64,000 nucleotides of DNA. Origin: Gemmatimonadales bacterium. GTDB taxonomy: Bacteria; Gemmatimonadota; Gemmatimonadetes; Gemmatimonadales; GWC2-71-9. This document shows positions 58,437 to 64,000 of the stretch, piece by piece (within the stretch, counting starts at the first letter, position 1; the number at the start of each line of letters is the position of its first letter). Made by a program: the position numbers and the translations under genes. Under the pieces are notes generated by a model. The model did not search any database. It was not told where the DNA came from and saw only the letters and a program-made list of their open reading frames with translations. Where the stretch lies: contig JBBCJC010000011.1 in the NCBI GenBank assembly GCA_037189525.1, positions 11,634-75,633 of the forward strand. Reading direction: 5' to 3'.

Positions 58437-59210
58437 GTGCTCGGAGACCGAATTCTGGTGGCCAGCGATGATTCGGAGGAGGGTCGTTATGCGACCGAGG
58501 TCGCGACGCGGCTGCGGGCGGAGCGCGCCGCGCCTCTGGCTATCCTGCGCGTCGACGAGCGTACCCCGTCCAATGCCGGCGACGGCGCGGATCAGGCGCG
58601 CCTGGCGGCATGGCTCGAACGGCAGCCTCGGACGGCGACCGCGTGGGTTGCGGCCGGCGTGCCCGGGATCGAGATCAGCCGCTTCGGCGACCGGCACCGG
58701 GCCTCGCTGATCGTGCTGGGACGTCGGGACCGGAGCGGCCAGCGTCCGGACTCGCTCGGTGAGACGTCCGATGCCGTTGTCCGTCGGACCGGGATTCCGG
58801 TCCTGTCCGTCCCGAAAGGCGGCTGGCCGTTGCGGCGGGGCCTGGTGGCGCTCGACGAAACGCCCCGTGCGCACCAGGTGCTCGAACTGGCGATGCGCTG
58901 GAGCCGGGAAATCGATCTGTCGCTCACGGGCGTGACCGTGACGCGTATGGGAGCCGGGCACATCGGGGTGCGACCAGTGCTGTCCCGTTCTCTGACCTCG
59001 GGCTCGGGCGACGACAACGGCACCGTGCGCGTCATGTTGCGCAGCGGGCGTCCGGTCGACGAGATCCTGGAGGCCGTCGGCGCGGCGGAAGCGGATGTAC
59101 TCGTGATCGGCTATCGTCGAGGGGGGCCGCCCAAGGTCGTCGAGCCGACCGAAACGGCTCGCAGTCTGTTGCTTGCTGCACCGTGCGCGGTGCTGACGGT
59201 GCCGTTGTAG
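58437..59210 (+). CDS. Tandem universal stress protein
   Basis: ILVASDDS, LIVLG, LGETSDAVVR...PVLSV; second domain ends APCAVLTV. Confidence 0.85.
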   Translation: MLGDRILVASDDSEEGRYATEVATRLRAERAAPLAILRVDERTPSNAGDGADQARLAAWLERQPRTATAWVAAGVPGIEISRFGDRHRASLIVLGRRDRSGQRPDSLGETSDAVVRRTGIPVLSVPKGGWPLRRGLVALDETPRAHQVLELAMRWSREIDLSLTGVTVTRMGAGHIGVRPVLSRSLTSGSGDDNGTVRVMLRSGRPVDEILEAVGAAEADVLVIGYRRGGPPKVVEPTETARSLLLAAPCAVLTVPL

Positions 59211-59255
59211 GCGACCGAATGGGTCGCCGTGGATCCTTCACTTCGGAGGTCAGCC

Positions 59256-59468
59256 ATGACCCGGAATGTTGGCACGATCGATCGCGGGATTCGGCTGGTA
59301 ATCGGCATCCTCATTCTCGGGCTCTACGGCGCTCTCGAACCGCCCTGGCGCTACGTGACCCTGATCGGCTTGATTCCGATCGGAACGGCGCTGACGGGCA
59401 ACTGTCCGATGTACACGCTCTTCCGCATCAACACTTGTCGTACCGGTTCCCCGGGCGCATCCAAGTGA
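59256..59468 (+). CDS. DUF2892 (YgaP-like) small membrane protein
   Basis: NVGTIDRGIR...TALTGNCPMYTLFRINT; GGAGG RBS. Confidence 0.88.
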   Translation: MTRNVGTIDRGIRLVIGILILGLYGALEPPWRYVTLIGLIPIGTALTGNCPMYTLFRINTCRTGSPGASK

Positions 59469-59500
59469 TCTGACCCGCGCGGCGCGGAGAAGGAGGCACG

Positions 59501-60430
59501 ATGACAATGAAGTCGGTAGTGATCTCGCTCGACGGCTCGCCGTTTGCCGAAGCGGCCCTGCCGGTGGCGGTGCGTCTGGCCCGCGAGTCCCGGGCTCGGC
59601 TCACCATCCTCCGGGTGCATGAACTGGCGACCGGTCTGGGGCCGATCGAAGGCGCGCCCATGGTCGGGGTCCCGGACGAAGAACAGGTCCGCCAGGAGGA
59701 ATCGGCCTATCTGGCCGGCGTGGCGCGATCGCTCGGTACGGTTGGTGGGCACGAGGTGGCCTATCGCCTGATCGACGGGGTGGTGGGCGACGCGCTGGTC
59801 GCCGAGCTCGATCGGATGCGGCCCGATGTCTTCGTGATGTCGACCCACGGACGGGGGGCGCTGGCCCGGGCCTGGCTCGGCAGCGTGGCCGACTTTGTGA
59901 TCCGTCGCACGGTCGCCCCGGTACTCCTGGTGCGGCCCAAGGATGGCAAGCCGGTCGTGCCCGATGAGGCGCCCTTCGATCGATGCCTCGTCCCGCTTGA
60001 CCAGTCGGTTGCTTCCGAAGCGATCCTGGCGCCGTTGATTCCGTTTGCGCTGGTAACGCAGGCGCACCTGACCCTGCTCCACGTCAACGAGCCCAGTCTC
60101 GGCATTACCGGATCGATGCCGCCCTATCCGATCGTCTTTTCTGACGAGGAGATGACGGCGCGGCAGGCGCTCTCCGAGCGGTATCTGGAGCAGGTGGCCG
60201 AACGGCTGCGAAGCCACGGACTGCGGGTCACCACCAAGTGCGTCATCGGCGTGTCGGCGGTGCCGAGTATTCTCGATGAACTCGGGACCGGCGCGTACGA
60301 TTTCGTGGCGATGGCCACGCAGGGCGCCACCGGGTTCCGCCGGCTCCTGCTCGGGAGTGTCGCCGGAGAAATCATTCGCGGCGCCGGTGTGCCGGTGCTG
60401 GTGGCGCGCCCGGAGGAAACGCCCGCCTGA
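59501..60430 (+). CDS. Tandem universal stress protein
   Basis: SLDGSPFAE, MSTHGRG...LGSVAD, VPLDQS, MATQG...LLGSVA. Confidence 0.92.
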   Translation: MTMKSVVISLDGSPFAEAALPVAVRLARESRARLTILRVHELATGLGPIEGAPMVGVPDEEQVRQEESAYLAGVARSLGTVGGHEVAYRLIDGVVGDALVAELDRMRPDVFVMSTHGRGALARAWLGSVADFVIRRTVAPVLLVRPKDGKPVVPDEAPFDRCLVPLDQSVASEAILAPLIPFALVTQAHLTLLHVNEPSLGITGSMPPYPIVFSDEEMTARQALSERYLEQVAERLRSHGLRVTTKCVIGVSAVPSILDELGTGAYDFVAMATQGATGFRRLLLGSVAGEIIRGAGVPVLVARPEETPA

Positions 60431-60535
60431 TCCGGCTGGGCTGGACGGAGCAGGGCGAGGGGTGCCGCGGATTCGACCGCCGGCACCCCTCGCCTATTTG
60501 ACGATCGACGGGCCGTCGCTCTAAGCTTGGGCACT

Positions 60536-61462
60536 ATGGACGTTCCCATGATCGACTGGATTGCCGAACTGCTGGGGACCGAGCGTGGCCATATGGTCCG
60601 CAAGGTCCTCCAGTTGGGCGTGTTGCTCCTCCTGGGCTGGGCCGGCACCGGTCTGGTCCGTCTGATTGCCCGCCGGATCGAGATTGCCGCCGATGACGGC
60701 GACGGAAGCGTCCTCTCGGCCGGCGAGAAGCGGGGCCAGACCATTGCGCAGCTGGTGCGCAGCGTGGGCCGAGCCGTGGTCCTGGTGGCGGTTCTGATGT
60801 CCGGTCTCAATCTGTTCATCGACATCCGGCCGCTGCTGGCCGGTGTCGGGATCCTGAGCCTCGCGGTATCGTTTGGTGCGCAAAGCCTGGTGAAGGATCT
60901 GATTTCCGGGTTCTTCATTCTGCTCGAGAATCAGTTCGTGGTGGGCGACGGCGTCCGGATCGGAGAGCACAGCGGCACCGTTGAACAGGTCTCGCTCCGC
61001 GCGGTCCGCCTGCGCGACCTGCACGGTGCGCTCCATATCATCCCGAACGGGTCGATTCCCTGGGTCATCAATACCAGTCGAGGCTGGTCGCGGGCCGTCG
61101 TCGACATTCCGGTCAGCTACGGAACCGACGTCGATCACGCGCTGGCGGTGGTGCGGGACGAGCTGACCAGGTTCCGGGCCGACCCGGCGTGGAAAGCCCG
61201 CTTCGATGGCGGTTCGGAGGTGGTGGGGATCGACCGGTTCGGCGACAACGGGATCGTGATCCGGACGCTCATCCGCACCGTTCCGGGCCAGGAAGGCCCG
61301 GCCTTCCGCGAGTTCTCCCGTCGCCTCAAGCTCCGGTTGGACGCCGAGGGCATCCAGATTCCCGCCGCGCAGCGCACCATCCTGATGCAGCCGTCGGCAG
61401 GGCGGCCCGATGTCCAGACGGCCGATCCGCTCAACGACGACGCTCCGCTCGACGAAGGCTGA
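60536..61462 (+). CDS. Small-conductance mechanosensitive channel (MscS family)
   Basis: SFGAQSLVKDLISGFFILLENQF.VGD, GTVE, IPNG. Confidence 0.92.
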   Translation: MDVPMIDWIAELLGTERGHMVRKVLQLGVLLLLGWAGTGLVRLIARRIEIAADDGDGSVLSAGEKRGQTIAQLVRSVGRAVVLVAVLMSGLNLFIDIRPLLAGVGILSLAVSFGAQSLVKDLISGFFILLENQFVVGDGVRIGEHSGTVEQVSLRAVRLRDLHGALHIIPNGSIPWVINTSRGWSRAVVDIPVSYGTDVDHALAVVRDELTRFRADPAWKARFDGGSEVVGIDRFGDNGIVIRTLIRTVPGQEGPAFREFSRRLKLRLDAEGIQIPAAQRTILMQPSAGRPDVQTADPLNDDAPLDEG

Positions 61463-61553
61463 CCCGCGAGGATCGGGCGGCCTGTTCCTCATCGGCATGG
61501 ATCGCTAGCTTCCCGCCTCGCGTGTGGCTGGGATCTGGGCCCAGGGCGGAGGA

Positions 61554-63074
61554 ATGGACGTGGGGCTGTCACTCTTCAATACGTTGACTCGTCGGATCGA
61601 GCCGTTCGTGCCGGGGGCGCCGCCTCGCGTCACGCTCTATTCCTGCGGGCCTACCGTCTATAACTACGCCCACATCGGGAACTTCCGGACTTTTCTGTTC
61701 GTCGACCTGCTCAGGCGCTGGCTCGAAGCCAGCGGGTATCAGGTCTTTCACATCATGAATCTCACCGATGTGGACGACAAGATCATCCGGGTCGCCGGCG
61801 AGCAGGGGGTCGGCATCGATCAGTTGGTGGCGCCCTATGTGACGGCGTTCTATGAGGACCGCGATTACCTGCGCATCGTTCCGGCGCATGCCTATCCGCG
61901 GGCCACGGCGTTCGTGCCGTCGATGGTGCGGCTGGTCTCCGGTCTCCTGCGGAATGGCACCGCGTATCGGGGCGAAGACGGCTCGGTCTATTTCGGGATC
62001 GATCGGTTTCCCGCGTATGGCCGTCTGTCCCAGCTCGACCGTCGGGAGCTCAAGGCGGGCGCCAGCGGACGGGTCAACTCCGACGAGTACACCAAGGACA
62101 ATGCCCAGGATTTCGTGCTCTGGAAGGCGGCCAAGCCGGAGGACGAGAAGGTGGGCGCCGCCTGGGATGCTCCCTTCGGCCGCGGCCGCCCCGGGTGGCA
62201 TCTGGAGTGCTCGGCCATGGCGCTCGAGCTGGTGAGTCATCGGTATGGTGAGCAGGTGCTCGACATCCATACCGGTGGCGTCGACCTGATCTTTCCGCAC
62301 CACGAGGACGAGATCGCGCAGAGCTGTGCTTATACGGGTGAGGATCTCTTTGCGAGGTACTGGCTCCACGGCGAGTTCCTCAACGTGCGCGGCGCCAAGA
62401 TGTCCAAGCGGTTCGGCAACATCACCACGCCCAGGGACCTGCGCGAGGACGGAGTCGAAGCGGCGGCCATCCGGCTTTTGATCTATCAGACCCATTATCG
62501 TCAGCAGCTCGACCTGACCGACGACGCCCTGGCCGCGGCGCGGGAGGGCTCCCGGCGGCTGGGCGAGTTTGCCGATCGGCTGGAGCGGGCCGGACAGGGC
62601 AAGGGTGGCGCCGACTCTCCGTGGGCTGCTCCGAGTGCCGCGCTCGAGGCCGGGGTCACCAGCGCACTCGACGACGACCTCAATGCGCCCGAGGCGATCG
62701 GCTGCGTCTTCGAGTTCGTGCGCGAGGCCAATCGGCTGCTCGATGACGGGGTCGTGCCGACGGCGGCGGCCCGGCAGGCGTGGGATCTGGTCGACCGGGT
62801 CCTGGCCATCGCGCATCGGGCCCAGGCGCGGGCCGAAATTCCGGCATCGGCCACGGACGACGACGAGACGCCCCTCGCATCGACCGCACCGAGCGGGGCC
62901 GACGACCGGCTTCGCTGGGCGACCCGCTGGGCGGTCCGGCGGCGGATTGCCAAAGGGGCCAAGGACTTTGCCGAGGCGGATCGGGTCCGCCAGCTGCTGA
63001 CGGGGGAGCGGTTCGAGATTCGGGATCGGCGGGACGGCAGTGCGGAGCTGATCGATCGGGGGTCGGGAAGCTGA
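61554..63074 (+). CDS. cysS: Cysteine--tRNA ligase
   Basis: CGPTVYNYAHIGN, GRPGWHLECSAM, FPHHEDE, KMSKR. Confidence 0.97.
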   Translation: MDVGLSLFNTLTRRIEPFVPGAPPRVTLYSCGPTVYNYAHIGNFRTFLFVDLLRRWLEASGYQVFHIMNLTDVDDKIIRVAGEQGVGIDQLVAPYVTAFYEDRDYLRIVPAHAYPRATAFVPSMVRLVSGLLRNGTAYRGEDGSVYFGIDRFPAYGRLSQLDRRELKAGASGRVNSDEYTKDNAQDFVLWKAAKPEDEKVGAAWDAPFGRGRPGWHLECSAMALELVSHRYGEQVLDIHTGGVDLIFPHHEDEIAQSCAYTGEDLFARYWLHGEFLNVRGAKMSKRFGNITTPRDLREDGVEAAAIRLLIYQTHYRQQLDLTDDALAAAREGSRRLGEFADRLERAGQGKGGADSPWAAPSAALEAGVTSALDDDLNAPEAIGCVFEFVREANRLLDDGVVPTAAARQAWDLVDRVLAIAHRAQARAEIPASATDDDETPLASTAPSGADDRLRWATRWAVRRRIAKGAKDFAEADRVRQLLTGERFEIRDRRDGSAELIDRGSGS

Positions 63075-63164
63075 GTCGGGTTTTGTTCGGGGGTCGATTT
63101 GGGGCTTGGACCGGGTCGGGTGAGTGGCAGAGGCGGGTTTCGCCAAAGCGGGGTCGGTCGCCCG

Positions 63165-63193
63165 TTGACGATTGCGCTAAGTCAAGGTAAGAT
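63165..63193 (+). promoter_or_regulatory. Sigma70 promoter of the tRNA-tuf operon
   Basis: TTGACG-17 nt-TAAGAT. Confidence 0.7.
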
Positions 63194-63228
63194 AAGGGTC
63201 TGTCAACTTTCTGCGGGCTTTTGGGTCC

Positions 63229-63301
63229 GCTGGCGTAGCTCAATTGGCAGAGCAGCTGATTTGTAATCAGCAGGTTAAGGGTTCGAGTCCCTTCGTCAGC
63301 T
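63229..63301 (+). tRNA. tRNA-Thr(TGT)
   Basis: GCTGGCG/CGTCAGC acceptor stem; anticodon arm gctga-TTTGTAA-tcagc; GTTCGA. Confidence 0.96.
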
Positions 63302-63381
63302 TGAGCGCGCAGAATGGAAGGTACACGGAACCCCGCTTTCGGTCGAGCGGGGTTCCGTTTCGAAAAGCGGTGAGTCGGTAC

Positions 63382-63465
63382 GGTGGGGTGGCCGAGTGGC
63401 TAATGGCAGCAGACTGTAAATCTGCCGGGCTTCGCCCTACGTAGGTTCGAATCCTACCCCCACCA
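63382..63465 (+). tRNA. tRNA-Tyr(GTA)
   Basis: GGTGGGG/CCCCACC; gcaga-CTGTAAA-tctgc; long variable arm. Confidence 0.96.
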
Positions 63466-63532
63466 TTGTGGCAGTGTTGCGGGACGGTTCGCCCGGGCGG
63501 ACGAACGGTAGGTAGGCAGGAGCGGTCCAAGC

Positions 63533-63605
63533 GCGGGTGTAGCTCAGTTGGTAGAGCATCAGCCTTCCAAGCTGAGGGTCGCGGGTTCGAGTCCCGTCGC
63601 CCGCT
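63533..63605 (+). tRNA. tRNA-Gly(TCC)
   Basis: GCGGGTG/CGCCCGC; tcagc-CTTCCAA-gctga. Confidence 0.96.
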
Positions 63606-63668
63606 TGGGACGACAAACGCAGGAAGCGCGACGCAGGGCGGTCGCGGCAGGTGCGCAAAAGGAATGGC

Positions 63669-63741
63669 GCTCGCGTAGCTCAGTCGGTAGAGCACATCCT
63701 TGGTAAGGATGAGGTCACCGGTTCGATCCCGGTCGCGAGCT
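63669..63741 (+). tRNA. tRNA-Thr(GGT)
   Basis: GCTCGCG/CGCGAGC; catcc-TTGGTAA-ggatg. Confidence 0.96.
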
Positions 63742-63859
63742 TGCTGGGCCTTCATGGAGTGGTGGTGGCGGGTGTTCGAGTGCGATGGTGCATCCGAACG
63801 CTGCGCACCGAGGGGAGCGGCAGCTCCGGTACGAGGACCTAACTGACGGAGTAAGGGTC

Positions 63860-64000
63860 ATGGGCAAGGCGAAATTCGAGCGGAGCAAGCCGCACGTCAA
63901 CGTTGGGACGATCGGGCACGTTGACCACGGGAAGACGACGACGACGGCGGCGTTGACGAAGATCGCGGCCGATAAGGGGCTGGGGTCGTACGTGCCGTAC
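63860..64000 (+). CDS. tuf: Elongation factor Tu (3'-truncated by the window)
   Basis: [27 protein letters not shown]; follows Thr-Tyr-Gly-Thr tRNAs as in the tufB operon. Confidence 0.97.
   Translation, partial: MGKAKFERSKPHVNVGTIGHVDHGKTTTTAALTKIAADKGLGSYVPY

Noticed and set aside
63325..63360. Strong hairpin between tRNA-Thr and tRNA-Tyr as a separate ncRNA
   Set aside because: A simple spacer stem-loop; no recognisable RNA family features
63229..63741. tRNA genes as an integration site for an island
   Set aside because: No integrase or duplicated tRNA 3' end was seen; this is the ordinary Thr-Tyr-Gly-Thr-tuf operon

Overview
High-GC bacterial chromosomal segment; gene content and protein style suggest Gemmatimonadota (inference, not verified). 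Housekeeping genes (gyrB, clpP, msrB, dciA-like, recF, glpK, uvrA, cysS and the tRNA-Thr/Tyr/Gly/Thr-tuf operon) are interspersed with several envelope and redox modules. (1) A four-gene porin-multiheme cytochrome operon with about 45 heme-binding motifs: a 9-heme lipoprotein, a 20-heme NapC/NirT-anchored protein, a probable beta-barrel and a 16-heme periplasmic protein. It is divergent from a variant cytochrome c maturation operon (CxxxY CcmE, CcmF, Cys-rich CcmH, two zinc-ribbon CcmI-like halves). (2) A PspA/IM30 locus with five tandem paralogous single-pass membrane/coiled-coil proteins and a YbjN/CesT-like chaperone, behind an ECF-type promoter. (3) An ATP-grasp/TPR/Cys-less transglutaminase/ABC exporter operon. 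(4) A dense two-component cluster with several degenerate domains. (5) A chaperone-usher pilus operon with a sigma54-type promoter. (6) A DosS-like GAF kinase, OmpR-type regulator and P1B-5 ATPase, divergent from universal stress protein genes. One gene is frameshifted in a homopolymer and one metallo-beta-lactamase-fold relic is present. No CRISPR array, integrase, transposase or rRNA was seen. All family assignments come from motif recognition by eye; no database searches were run.
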